Shown: piece after piece, positions 37,535 through 48,839 of the stretch
How the letters are laid out: each line of letters opens with the position of its first letter
Numbering within the stretch: position 1 is the first letter of the stretch
From: a virus
Lineage: Duplodnaviria > Caudoviricetes
IMG/VR virus record: IMGVR_UViG_3300031760_000005
Span: 32,001 to 96,000 of that record
DNA: 64,000 nt
Direction: 5' to 3' (one strand)
Position numbers and translations under genes: made by a program
Notes under the pieces: generated by a model
Databases searched by the model: none
What the model was told of the DNA's origin: nothing
The model's input: only the letters and a program-made list of their open reading frames with translations

Positions 37535-40500
37535 TATATTTGTCCTGATAAATCATTTTTTAATTTAGTTATACTAGTTTCAATACTTGACGATTTTGTT
37601 ATTAATTGATCCATTCTATTTAAAATAGTTTTAAATTTATTTTCTACAGTATCATTAGATGAAGTTTTTTGTGAATCTTTCTTATTTTTACTTTCTGAAC
37701 TACTATTTCCTTTAGTTGATGTTGCATTATCGTCAGATGCTTTAGGCATTGTTCCACCACTTGAACTTAAACTTGAATTAGTGTCATTAGAACTTGGTTT
37801 AGATGATGCATTGTTTCCACCTCCACCTTGTGGTGTTTGACTATTTCCATTTCCATTTCCTCCATCATTAGTAAGAGATGATGTATCATCTACTTTAACA
37901 ATATTTATTTGAAGTGGATCTTTCATTATAGTTTGAATTTTTGTAATTGATTCTGAAATTAATTGATGACGTTTAGTTTGAATAGATTCCGCTTTGTCAA
38001 TTGTATCTTTAGAAAGAGCTAATTCTTCTGTAAGTTTATCAAGTATTTTAGATAAATTAGCTTCGAAATTTTTAGCAAAAGTATCTAAATCTCCAAATTT
38101 AGTAGCTAATGCATTCATAGAATTAGCCATATGTGTAATCTTGTCAATCTTACTTGTATTAAGAGAATTTATAGAACGTACATATTTAGATAATGCTTCT
38201 ACATGTTCTTTAAAATTTTTATTATTTCCAATATTATTTGTAGATGTATAAACATCGTCTATACCTTCTGAAATATTATCATAACCATCTGTACCTATAT
38301 TTTTAGCGTATTCTGATAATGATATGAAGTCATTTATTGTTTGTAAATAATTTGTAAATAAATTGTTTTCATCTTCAGAATTTTCCTTTTCTGCTATTTG
38401 TTTCTTAACTGTATATATAAATGTAATAAAATCACTTATTGTTTTAAATAATTCTCCATTCTTACTAAAGTCAACTGCTCCTATAAATGATTGTTTTATA
38501 TTTTCAATTGAGATAAGTAATTGTTTAATTATTGCTTCATCATGTGTAAATTGTTCAGTTAAATTATTATTAAATTTGTTTTTAAATAATTTACTTGTAA
38601 ATGAATTTAATCCATTATTAATTATACTACTAAGATTATTATAATCAGTAAATAATTTAGTTATTTTACTAAATATATTATTATCACCATTTTCGCCAAA
38701 ATCTGTTGTATTTTCAAATGAATTAATGATAGTCTTCATTGAAATAACTAAACCATCAATAATTTCTTTATTATTTTCGAATTGTTCTTTTATTTTATCT
38801 AATTTATTAACATATTGTTTATCTGCTGAAATTAATTGATTATTAATAATGTTATTAAGTGATTTATAATCTTCAAATAATTTAGTTATTTTACTAAATT
38901 TATTATTATCATCATTTTCAGCATTATATTTACTAACTATTTGATTTACTCTATTAATAAAATTAATTAAAGCATTAAAAATATTAATGTCAGTTTTAAC
39001 GTTATTAAGTTCTATAACTTTTTTATTAAAATTATTTGCAGATAATACATTATGTATAATGCTATATATATTAACACAATTTAATACAAATTTTTTAATT
39101 TTATCAATATTAGATTTTGCGCCATTAATTTTTTCATTATTTTCTTCATATAAATTATTAATACTAATAATACTTTTAAACATGGTATTTATAGTTTGAT
39201 AAGTTGAATTAATAGCATCAACATCTATATTAGTTTTATTAAAATTATTATATATGTTATCAATAAATCCATTTAAAATATTATTAATTCTTTCAAATAT
39301 ATTTAACACGTGTTGTTCAATTTTAATGGTTGGTACAAAATCTATAATTTCATCATTAAGTTGTTTAAGATTTTCAATCGAATTTTCTGATGCTGATACA
39401 ATACTGCTAAATATTGTATTCATTTTATTTATTTCATTTACATTTAAATTATTAAATTTAGTGAAATTATCATTTTTATCAAATATGGATGATAAACTTA
39501 AAATGCCACCTTTTGTATCACTACCATATATAATATTTTTAATATTTTGTATAATGGTATCTATATTATTTGATATATTGTTTTCTTGGTCAATTTCATT
39601 AAATACTTTAATTTCTTCAGCAATATTATTAATAATTCCAACTATATTAGTTATTCCTTCTATCACTGAATTAGCTAATGATTTTCCATTTTTATCTAAT
39701 TCAAAATTGGATAAATCTATTTTTTCTTTTCCTATACTAGCTTGTCCACTAATTACAGATATTAATGAACTTAATAACTTAACTATATTTTTTCTAGCTG
39801 CATCTATATCTAAATTTATTGTTTTTCCATTTTCATCAACAATATTTCCATTAGCATAAATTGAAAGTATTTTAGCTATTTCAGCAATTGGTGAAACCAT
39901 CATACTAATAGCTTTTGCAGCTACTAATGCAGGTATATTTGATTCAGAAGATTTTTTTCCTACTGCCCAATCCCAAAATCCTTGTTTTCCAAATAAATCT
40001 GCATTATCACCAATAGCATCAACAATACCTCTACCAATTGCAGTAATTATTTTTTGAATACGATCAATTGCTCCGTCAATTACTGTACTATTTATAGATA
40101 TAACATTACCATTTTCATCTATATATTTTTCTGAAGCAAATAATTTTATTGTTCCAACAATTGATGCTAAAGAACTTCCAATATTCTTATATAATAATGA
40201 TATATTCTTAGCAACTGGTGCAAATTTTGTAAATGCTGGATGTTCTGAAATTTCTAATATTTTATTTCCAATTATCATAAGAACATTTCCAATATTATTA
40301 CCTGCATTTGTAAAATCTTGTTCTGTTAATTGTCTATAAGCTGTTGGATTACCTTTATCGTCAAATGATATAGGCATAGCTAATTTAGAATAATCGCTGA
40401 TTCCTTTACTAATTATACCAATTACTTTACTAATTGATATTATTGAATCTATAATATTTGGTAAATTATCATTTTTTAATAAATCTGAATCTATTCCAGC

Positions 40501-43500
40501 AATAGAATTACCTAATGTTGTAATAATTTTTCCAATATTATTTGCTGCTGTTTCAAAATCAAATTTATTTAATGTAACATTATCTGATATTTTTTTACCA
40601 GTTTCGTCATATAATGGAACTGTTAAATTAGCATAATTTTTAATACTTTGAGCAATATTATTAATTACTCTACCCATCGATGCAGCACCTTTTATAATGT
40701 TGTCAAAATTAGTATTTTCTTTTCCATCAAACCAATCTTTATGTTTCTCAAATGTTGTCATTAAAGCATTACCAATAGTATCAATAATTGTGCTAATATT
40801 TGTTCCTGCATTTGTAAAATCACTTTTATCTAAACGTACAATTTTACCTGTTGGATAACCATTACTGTCATATTCTGGAACTTGCATAGATGCAAAATCT
40901 TTAACTGATTCAGCTATAACAGAAATCATATTGCCCATAGCCATACATGATTGAACAATTCTAATAAATTTATTATCAGAATCTTCGCCAAAAATGAGTC
41001 CTTTTAAACTTTTTGGTCCAGGTATATCAAACATTTCAGCTGCTCTAGGGTCATTAGATAAATCCAATATAGCTCCACCAATTACTCTAATAATTTTTTT
41101 AATATTATCAGCAGCAGCAGTAAAATCTGGGTCTTTCATTTTAGTATATTCAGCAATAGTACCATCAGGATTCCATCTAAGAGGTATATTAAGCATTGAA
41201 TATTCTTTTAAACCACTTGCAATTGAACCAATCATTTGACCCATACCTAAAACAGATTCACTTACCTTTTTAAATAATGAGTCATTTCCATCTTCAAACC
41301 AATCAGTGTTTTCATTAAATACTTGTATAATACTTTTACCTAAAGTAGAAATTATAAGAGCAATATTATCTGCTGCATTTTCAAAATCTTTTTTATCAAG
41401 CATTTTATATTCATTTTCTTTAATGGCTTTAGTATTTGGATCATAAACCGGGAATTTTAATTCTGAATATAATTTAACACCATTAGCAATATTTGAAATC
41501 ATATTACCCATATTTGAAAGTGAATCACATGTTTGAGCAAAAACGGAATCTTTTCCATCTTCAAACCAATCTTTATGTTCTTTACTAACACTAATTATTG
41601 TATTTCCTAAAATACTTATAACTGTACTAATATTTTTTGAAGCATTTATAAAATCTTTATTAGAAAGTGTTCTATTACCTTTTAACTGACCAGTTTTTTC
41701 GTCATATATAGGCATAGTTAAATTTGAAAAATCTTTAATTCCTGACGCAATTTTTGAAATTAGATTAGCCAATTTTGTATTAGCATTAATTGTATTAGTA
41801 AATGGAGAATTACCACCAATTAAGCCTTTTTCATCATACATATCTTTATTTGAATTATATGTGGCTATAATAGATGCACCTAATGTAGATAATATTAACT
41901 TAATATTATTTGATGCTTTAATAAAATCAGAACTATCAAGTGTTCTATTACCTTTTAATTGGCCAGTTTTTTCGTCATATATAGGTACAGTAAAATTAGC
42001 ATAATCTTTAACTGCACGTGCTATAGTTGATATTAATGATGCTAATTTCATATTAGCACTAATAGTTCTAGTAAATGGTGATGAACCGCCAAATCCAAAT
42101 ATACCTCCAGTTGTTTCATAATAATCTGGATGTAATTCATATGCTTTTATAATAGCACCACCAAGCATAGTAATTATTGATGTTATACATGCAGAAGCTT
42201 CTTTAAAATGTGATTCACTAAGTCTTTCTTTACCTACTAATTCGCCTTTTTCATTATATTTTGGTACAGTAAAATTAGCATAATCTTTAACTGCACGCGC
42301 TATAGTTGATATTAATGATGCTAATTTCATATTAGCACTAATAGTTCTAGTAAATGGTGATGAACCACCAAATCCAAATATACCTCCAGTTGTTTCGTAA
42401 TAATCTGGATGTGCTTTATATGCATCTATAATAGCATTACCAAGCACAGAAATTATTGTTGATATACATGTAGAAGCTTTTGTAAAATGTGATTCACCAA
42501 TGCTTTCTTTACCTATTAATTGACCAGTTTTTTCATCATATATAGGTGCTGTAAAATTCGCATAATCTTTAATACCACTTGATATTCTAGATATTAATGA
42601 ACCTAATTTACTTAATGCCATAGTAACTTTAGCAAATTTAGATCTGCCATACCAATTAGTTTCAAACATTTCAGGATTATTATCATATACAGATACAACA
42701 GCTTTACTTAATGTTGTTATAACAATTCCTATATTTTTTGCGGCGTTTTCAAAATCTGTTTTATCTAATTTATTATATTTAACTATTTTTGTACCATTAT
42801 ATTCAGGTACAACTAAACTTGCATAATTTTTAACTGAACGTGCAATTTTAGATAATAAATTTCCTAATGTAGATATTGATGTTACGATCATCGCAAATTT
42901 AAATCCTTTAAATAATTTTGGATTTTTATTATAAGTATTTAATACAGCATTTCCTAATGTAGTAATTACAATAGATACATTTGTACTTGCATTTTTAAAA
43001 TCTTCTGTTTTAAGAGATCTATAACCAACAATTTTTGTTCCTTCATATATTGGAACTCTTAATGATGCATAATCTTTAACAGATTTAGCAATTTTACTTA
43101 ATGCATTACTTAAAGAAATAATAGTATAAGAAGCTATAGATATTATTGGTGAAATTCCAATAATAGATTTTAATGAAAATGCAATTTCCATAAATCCTTT
43201 AATTCCATTAATAATTGGTTTAGGATTAAATCCCTTAACCTTTTCCATTGCAACCATAGAATCTGCTATCATCTTCATAGCTTTACCAGCATAATAAACT
43301 ATTGCAACTATAGCACCAAGCGCAGCTATACCAGCAATTAAAGCTGCAGTACCAAAACCACTTAATGTTAATGCACCTAATCCTATAGCTAATGCTGTTA
43401 CTCCTAAAATAATTGTACCCATTTGAAGTAAAACCATCCATGTTTTCTTTAAATCATAGTCTTGACCAATTTTTGCAATTTTACCAATAACTGTTGCGCA

Positions 43501-46500
43501 TAATAAAGATATAACAGATATAGCAAGTAATGCTAATATTCCTTGAATTAATTTAATTTTATCAATTTTACTTAATCTCCATACAATTAAAGCAAATCCA
43601 CCAACTAATACAAAAGTAGCAAATGTAAAACCTACTATATGTTCGGCACCATTTGGATATTTATCCATAAATAATATACCAATACTTAATGCCAATGAAG
43701 ATAACATTACAATTATACCTAATGCCACAGCTGATGGAATTGATTGAATTATTTCTCTTCCTAATTTTTTATATATAAATGTTATGCCCCAAATAAAACC
43801 TGCTAATATAAATCCATATCCAATAATTTGTAAAGGAGCCCAACCATCCTTCATTATATATATAGCAGGTAATAATGCTATACTTGACAATAATATCAAT
43901 ACACCTAATTGCATAGCGTAATTAATATTATTTCTTATATCTTTTCCATATTCTGTATATATATGAGTTATTCCCCAAATGAAAAGTCCCAATATAACAG
44001 CAAAACCAATAACATTTGCAGGAGATGCTAATTTCATAACTATTGCGCCAGCCATTAATATAGCACCTGATATTCCAACAATTAATGCAAAATCTTTAGC
44101 TGCATTTTTTATATCTTGTGATTTTTTGGCTAGAACATAATAAACTCCTCCAACAGTAACTATTAATACAGAAAGCATTACTCCAAAAGCTACAACATCT
44201 TCCCAACCAACAATTGAACTTATTAATGAACCTAACATAAGAATAGAACTAGACACAACTATCAATTTTAAAAATTCATTAGGTATAAATTTACCGTCGT
44301 TATTTAATTCTTTTAACTTTTCACCTGCATACATCCATATTCTCAATAAACCAATAATAAAAACACATTCTGCAGCAACAAATAATACTACATCATACCA
44401 TTTGACAAATTTAAATATTAAAGAACCAGCTATAAGAAGAGCTCCAGATATAGCTACTAATTTTGTTAAACTATTAATTGTATTAAATAAATCTTTATTT
44501 ATACTTTTACTTGCTTGGGCAAATATAAATAATAATCCAAAAACAAATACTCCTAATGTTACTGTAAATCCAAATAAACCGTCTAATGGTAAATATTTAT
44601 ATATGAATGCTCCCAAAATAAGGATAGCTGCTGATTTCATTACAAGATCTGAAATTGATTTTACAGAATCTAATGCATTTTCAATATTTTTGCCCACTGA
44701 ACGTATTGCTAATATTATACCTATTAAAAATGTACCTAATGCTATTGTAAATTCTGCTAAATTACTTTTATCTATAAAATTCATAATGAATGAACCAAGT
44801 AAAAGAACTCCACCAGCAGTTAAAATAAGTAGACTCATACCTTTAGCCCCGTCTAATGATTCTTTTAAACTATCTTTAAACCATTTAAGGCCAAATATAC
44901 CCATAACTCCAGCAATTAATCCAAATAAACACCCAGTAAATGTTATTAAACCCATAGGATTTATTAATGCTGAAACCATACTAGCAGTTACAAGAACAAG
45001 AGAAGAAGCAGTTAATATTAATGTAAATGATTTTAATACATCAATTGATTTTTTTAATTGTTTCTCATCAATTTTACCTAATTTATCAATTATTCCTTTA
45101 ATTGTATCAGCTTCTTTATCTAAAACAGCAAATCCAGCGGTTGGAAATTTCAAATTACCTATAACACGTAATCGTTTAGAAATTTTTTCTAATTCATCAA
45201 TAGATTTTAATAATGACTTTAATTTTACAATATTTACAATATTTAAATTATTAATATTGGTAATTAACGTATCAATTTTAGGTAACAACTTTAATAATGA
45301 TTCAATTTTTGCATTTACCGCACGACCTAATTCTATCTTTTTAATATTAATGATTAAGTTATTTAATTCATCATTTATTAAAGAATTAAGAATTCCTAAT
45401 TTTAACCACATTTTAGTTGTTTTTACTACTCCAGGTATATTATCATTTAATTCAGTATAAAAATTAAATAAATCCTCAAATACATCTAAAATTGGAATAA
45501 CATTATTTACCTTTTCTGATAAATCATTTAAGTTATCTAATATAGAAGATATTGCATCATTAACTATTAAATTTATAAGACTAGTTTTTACTGGAATAGT
45601 CACAACAATTTTAAACAGACTTATATCTGCAATTTTTCCAATTGACTCAAAAAATTCAGATAAATTAGATATTAATTTTGCTCCATTTTCATTTGCATCT
45701 TTAGAAGCGTCATTTAATGCAGAAATTATTTCAGCAACAGATTTAACAATATAATCATGTATATATTGTATATTACGATATGCATTTCTTCGTTGTTTAC
45801 TATCCCACGAAACAACATTTGATAATGCTGTCATGAAATTAGAAAATATTTTAAAATCAATTTCATTTTTAGTTATTTCACTAGCTTTTTCATTTAATAA
45901 TTTAATAATTTCAGTTACATCATCTATTAAGAAATGTTTAATAAACCAAACATTAAATTTAGTTTTTATAATATTAATATTTGTCGCTTCAGTTAGTGTT
46001 TCAAATAAAGTATTAATTAAATCAAGTTTATCTTTTACATCATTAGTTTTAATTTCAATTTTATTAAATGCATTCATTGATTTACACAATGCCAATAAAC
46101 TATCTTTATCTTTATCATTAGTAACAATATCTTTGATTTTACGTAAATTACGTTTTACTAAATCTAATGTTTTTTCTTCATTATTAATTTCAGAAATTGT
46201 TTTAATTAAACCAATTACATTAACAGCAGTATCTGTTAAATATTTTATTTTTATAATATTATCATCTAGTGTAATATCATTAAATATCTTTAGTATTGCT
46301 TTAAATAGATCAGTAAGTTTGCCAATTTCTTTTTCATTAGGTAAACTAATATTAGATATACTACTAAATACTGTTTCTAATGAAGTAAATATATTTTCGT
46401 CATTAAATTTTGTAATTTCATCTTTATTATTTACATCATTAATAAATACATTTAATGATTCTTTAAATGTAGAAATATCAGGAAATTTAGTTTCAAAAAT

Positions 46501-48717
46501 TCCTTTATTTTGATTAATAGTATTAATTACATTATTTACATTAGTAAATATTGTATTAAATCTTTCTTGTGCTTTAGTATCAATATCTGTTTTAATATCA
46601 TTAAGTTTTTTTTGTATGCTTTCAATCGCACTAATATAACTATTAATATTATCAATTGTTTGCATATCAATTTTATTATTAATACTTTGTATAGAAGTTA
46701 CAAAATTTCGTATATTTTCACTTATTTTATTAAGTGTTGCTGTGTATACATCTAAATATAATATATTTGATTGTTCACTTTTTTTACCCTTCTTACCATT
46801 ATTACCTTTTATTTCATTATTTATAAGATTTAATATATTATTTATACCTTTAAATATATTAGCTACTTTAGCTTGTACATCTTCACCATTTTCTATATTG
46901 AATTTAATAGTTATAGGTAACTCTTTATTAGCGTTTATTTCATCTATAAGAGTTTTTACATTATTTATATCACCTGTAAACTTAACGTCTATAGTTGGAT
47001 TTTCTTGTGATAATACAGATAATATATTTTTTACACTATCATCATTACCATTAAATGTAACAGTTATAGGTAATTCATTATTAGTGTTTATTTTATTTAT
47101 AAGCTCATTTATATTATTTATATTACCTGTAAACTTAACATCTATAGTTGGATTTTCTTTTGATAATACAGATAATATATTTTTTACACTATCATCATTA
47201 CCATTAAATGTAACAGTTATAGGTAACTCTTTATTAGCGTTTATTTCATCTATAAGAGTTTTTACATTATTTATATCACCTGTAAACTTAACATCTATAG
47301 TTGGATTTTCTTGTGATAATACAGATAATATGCTATTTACACTATCATCGTTACCATTAAATGTAACATTTATAGTTGGATTTTCTTTTGATAATATAGA
47401 TAATATGCTATTTACACTATCATCATTACCATTAAATGTAACAGTTATAGGTAATTCATTATTAGTGTTTATTTTATTTATAAGCTCATTTATATTATTT
47501 ATATTACCTGTAAACTTAACATCTATAGTTGGATTTTCTTTTGATAATACAGATAATATATTTTTTACACTATCATCATTACCATTAAATGTAACAGTTA
47601 TAGGTAACTCTTTATTAGCGTTTATTTCATCTATAAGAGTTTTTACATTATTTATATCACCTGTAAACTTAACATCTATAGTTGGATTTTCTTGTGATAA
47701 TACAGATAATATGCTATTTACACTATCATCGTTACCATTAAATGTAACAATTATAGGTAATTCATTATTAGTGTTTATTCTATTTATAAGCTCATTTATA
47801 TTATTTATATCACCTGTAAACTTAACGTCTATAGTTGGATTTTCTTGTAATAATACAGATAATATATTTTTTACATTATCATCGTTACCATTAAACGTAA
47901 CATTTATAGTTGGATTTTCTTTTGATAATACAGATAATATGCTATTTACACTATCATCATTACCATTAAATGTAACAGTTATAGGTAACTCTTTATTAGC
48001 GTTTATTTCATCTATAAAAGTTTTTATATTACTTGTATCACCTGTAAATGTAACAGTTATAGTTGGTTTGTTTTGTGATAATGATTCCAATATTTGTATT
48101 ATATTATCATTATTACCATTAAATGTAACAGTTATAGGTAATTCATTATTATCATTTATTTTATTTATAAGTTTACTTATATTACTTATATCACCATTAA
48201 TCTCTAATTTTAATGGATTTTTATTTATATCTTTAATAGAATCTTCAATAGTATTACATATAAAACTAGTACTATTTTCAATAGCACCTGTAATTGTAGA
48301 AATTGCCACCATAATATTGGCTTTATTTTCTATTAATTGATTTTTTACACCATTTATATATACATCATTAGATAATGTACTAGTATTATTTATTTTTGGA
48401 AAATCATTTGTTTGCTTATTAATAGTTTCTTTATTATCTTTAATCGCTTTTGATATTTCAGATATACCATGTAATAAGCCAATAAATCCTCCATCACTAC
48501 CAATACCTGATATTATAGATTTTGCGGCACCAGATTTATCTTTGCCACTCATTATTTTATTACCAGCATTTGGTCCACCAATTAATGCAGCAATAAGACC
48601 ATTAAGTGTAGTTAATACGCCTAATGATTCTTCTTCTGTATTTTTATCTCCACTTGGTGTATTAGTTGGTCTTACACGACTAACAAAGCCTAAATGTTTT
48701 CTTTTTTCTTCAGCCAT
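37534..48717 (-). CDS. giant tape-measure-like protein (3727 aa)
   Basis: Helical and repetitive; central multi-TM region; low-complexity G/S/N C-terminus; next to a tube-like gene. Confidence 0.7.
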   Translation of the reverse strand: MAEEKRKHLGFVSRVRPTNTPSGDKNTEEESLGVLTTLNGLIAALIGGPNAGNKIMSGKDKSGAAKSIISGIGSDGGFIGLLHGISEISKAIKDNKETINKQTNDFPKINNTSTLSNDVYINGVKNQLIENKANIMVAISTITGAIENSTSFICNTIEDSIKDINKNPLKLEINGDISNISKLINKINDNNELPITVTFNGNNDNIIQILESLSQNKPTITVTFTGDTSNIKTFIDEINANKELPITVTFNGNDDSVNSILSVLSKENPTINVTFNGNDDNVKNILSVLLQENPTIDVKFTGDINNINELINRINTNNELPIIVTFNGNDDSVNSILSVLSQENPTIDVKFTGDINNVKTLIDEINANKELPITVTFNGNDDSVKNILSVLSKENPTIDVKFTGNINNINELINKINTNNELPITVTFNGNDDSVNSILSILSKENPTINVTFNGNDDSVNSILSVLSQENPTIDVKFTGDINNVKTLIDEINANKELPITVTFNGNDDSVKNILSVLSKENPTIDVKFTGNINNINELINKINTNNELPITVTFNGNDDSVKNILSVLSQENPTIDVKFTGDINNVKTLIDEINANKELPITIKFNIENGEDVQAKVANIFKGINNILNLINNEIKGNNGKKGKKSEQSNILYLDVYTATLNKISENIRNFVTSIQSINNKIDMQTIDNINSYISAIESIQKKLNDIKTDIDTKAQERFNTIFTNVNNVINTINQNKGIFETKFPDISTFKESLNVFINDVNNKDEITKFNDENIFTSLETVFSSISNISLPNEKEIGKLTDLFKAILKIFNDITLDDNIIKIKYLTDTAVNVIGLIKTISEINNEEKTLDLVKRNLRKIKDIVTNDKDKDSLLALCKSMNAFNKIEIKTNDVKDKLDLINTLFETLTEATNINIIKTKFNVWFIKHFLIDDVTEIIKLLNEKASEITKNEIDFKIFSNFMTALSNVVSWDSKQRRNAYRNIQYIHDYIVKSVAEIISALNDASKDANENGAKLISNLSEFFESIGKIADISLFKIVVTIPVKTSLINLIVNDAISSILDNLNDLSEKVNNVIPILDVFEDLFNFYTELNDNIPGVVKTTKMWLKLGILNSLINDELNNLIINIKKIELGRAVNAKIESLLKLLPKIDTLITNINNLNIVNIVKLKSLLKSIDELEKISKRLRVIGNLKFPTAGFAVLDKEADTIKGIIDKLGKIDEKQLKKSIDVLKSFTLILTASSLVLVTASMVSALINPMGLITFTGCLFGLIAGVMGIFGLKWFKDSLKESLDGAKGMSLLILTAGGVLLLGSFIMNFIDKSNLAEFTIALGTFLIGIILAIRSVGKNIENALDSVKSISDLVMKSAAILILGAFIYKYLPLDGLFGFTVTLGVFVFGLLFIFAQASKSINKDLFNTINSLTKLVAISGALLIAGSLIFKFVKWYDVVLFVAAECVFIIGLLRIWMYAGEKLKELNNDGKFIPNEFLKLIVVSSSILMLGSLISSIVGWEDVVAFGVMLSVLIVTVGGVYYVLAKKSQDIKNAAKDFALIVGISGAILMAGAIVMKLASPANVIGFAVILGLFIWGITHIYTEYGKDIRNNINYAMQLGVLILLSSIALLPAIYIMKDGWAPLQIIGYGFILAGFIWGITFIYKKLGREIIQSIPSAVALGIIVMLSSLALSIGILFMDKYPNGAEHIVGFTFATFVLVGGFALIVWRLSKIDKIKLIQGILALLAISVISLLCATVIGKIAKIGQDYDLKKTWMVLLQMGTIILGVTALAIGLGALTLSGFGTAALIAGIAALGAIVAIVYYAGKAMKMIADSMVAMEKVKGFNPKPIINGIKGFMEIAFSLKSIIGISPIISIASYTIISLSNALSKIAKSVKDYASLRVPIYEGTKIVGYRSLKTEDFKNASTNVSIVITTLGNAVLNTYNKNPKLFKGFKFAMIVTSISTLGNLLSKIARSVKNYASLVVPEYNGTKIVKYNKLDKTDFENAAKNIGIVITTLSKAVVSVYDNNPEMFETNWYGRSKFAKVTMALSKLGSLISRISSGIKDYANFTAPIYDEKTGQLIGKESIGESHFTKASTCISTIISVLGNAIIDAYKAHPDYYETTGGIFGFGGSSPFTRTISANMKLASLISTIARAVKDYANFTVPKYNEKGELVGKERLSESHFKEASACITSIITMLGGAIIKAYELHPDYYETTGGIFGFGGSSPFTRTISANMKLASLISTIARAVKDYANFTVPIYDEKTGQLKGNRTLDSSDFIKASNNIKLILSTLGASIIATYNSNKDMYDEKGLIGGNSPFTNTINANTKLANLISKIASGIKDFSNLTMPIYDEKTGQLKGNRTLSNKDFINASKNISTVISILGNTIISVSKEHKDWFEDGKDSVFAQTCDSLSNMGNMISNIANGVKLYSELKFPVYDPNTKAIKENEYKMLDKKDFENAADNIALIISTLGKSIIQVFNENTDWFEDGNDSLFKKVSESVLGMGQMIGSIASGLKEYSMLNIPLRWNPDGTIAEYTKMKDPDFTAAADNIKKIIRVIGGAILDLSNDPRAAEMFDIPGPKSLKGLIFGEDSDNKFIRIVQSCMAMGNMISVIAESVKDFASMQVPEYDSNGYPTGKIVRLDKSDFTNAGTNISTIIDTIGNALMTTFEKHKDWFDGKENTNFDNIIKGAASMGRVINNIAQSIKNYANLTVPLYDETGKKISDNVTLNKFDFETAANNIGKIITTLGNSIAGIDSDLLKNDNLPNIIDSIISISKVIGIISKGISDYSKLAMPISFDDKGNPTAYRQLTEQDFTNAGNNIGNVLMIIGNKILEISEHPAFTKFAPVAKNISLLYKNIGSSLASIVGTIKLFASEKYIDENGNVISINSTVIDGAIDRIQKIITAIGRGIVDAIGDNADLFGKQGFWDWAVGKKSSESNIPALVAAKAISMMVSPIAEIAKILSIYANGNIVDENGKTINLDIDAARKNIVKLLSSLISVISGQASIGKEKIDLSNFELDKNGKSLANSVIEGITNIVGIINNIAEEIKVFNEIDQENNISNNIDTIIQNIKNIIYGSDTKGGILSLSSIFDKNDNFTKFNNLNVNEINKMNTIFSSIVSASENSIENLKQLNDEIIDFVPTIKIEQHVLNIFERINNILNGFIDNIYNNFNKTNIDVDAINSTYQTINTMFKSIISINNLYEENNEKINGAKSNIDKIKKFVLNCVNIYSIIHNVLSANNFNKKVIELNNVKTDINIFNALINFINRVNQIVSKYNAENDDNNKFSKITKLFEDYKSLNNIINNQLISADKQYVNKLDKIKEQFENNKEIIDGLVISMKTIINSFENTTDFGENGDNNIFSKITKLFTDYNNLSSIINNGLNSFTSKLFKNKFNNNLTEQFTHDEAIIKQLLISIENIKQSFIGAVDFSKNGELFKTISDFITFIYTVKKQIAEKENSEDENNLFTNYLQTINDFISLSEYAKNIGTDGYDNISEGIDDVYTSTNNIGNNKNFKEHVEALSKYVRSINSLNTSKIDKITHMANSMNALATKFGDLDTFAKNFEANLSKILDKLTEELALSKDTIDKAESIQTKRHQLISESITKIQTIMKDPLQINIVKVDDTSSLTNDGGNGNGNSQTPQGGGGNNASSKPSSNDTNSSLSSSGGTMPKASDDNATSTKGNSSSESKNKKDSQKTSSNDTVENKFKTILNRMDQLITKSSSIETSITKLKNDLSGQI
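39800..43100 (-). repeat. about 13 intragenic repeats of roughly 100 aa
   Basis: Recurrent KDYANFTVPIYD...DF..A..NI..II..LG; one near-identical DNA duplication at about 41980-42430. Confidence 0.8.
46900..48213 (-). repeat. 17 intragenic 75/78-bp tandem repeats of two alternating types
   Basis: ITVTFNGNDDSVKNILSVLSQENPT and IDVKFTGDINNVKTLIDEINANKELP. Confidence 0.92.
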
Positions 48718-48748
48718 TTATTATTAAAGATATTTTAAATACTAATTT

Positions 48749-48758
48749 ATTAAAAATA
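48749..48758 (-). promoter_or_regulatory. candidate late promoter TATTTTTAAT
   Basis: Same motif 20-33 nt upstream of several structural or packaged-protein genes. Confidence 0.4.
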
Positions 48759-48793
48759 AAACACACATCTAAATATTTTTATTATATTAAAAG

Positions 48794-48821
48794 AAAAAGA
48801 CTAACATAAGTTAGTCTTTTT
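48794..48821. terminator. intrinsic terminator
   Basis: aaaaagactaac/gttagtcttttt. Confidence 0.75.
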
Positions 48822-48839
48822 ATATATTATTTTTTTATT

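Noticed and set aside
46742-48340. 532-aa plus-strand ORF (also 44402-45460, 45833-46513, 39254-39859)
   Set aside because: Antisense shadows of the giant repetitive gene; repeats propagate stop-free frames.
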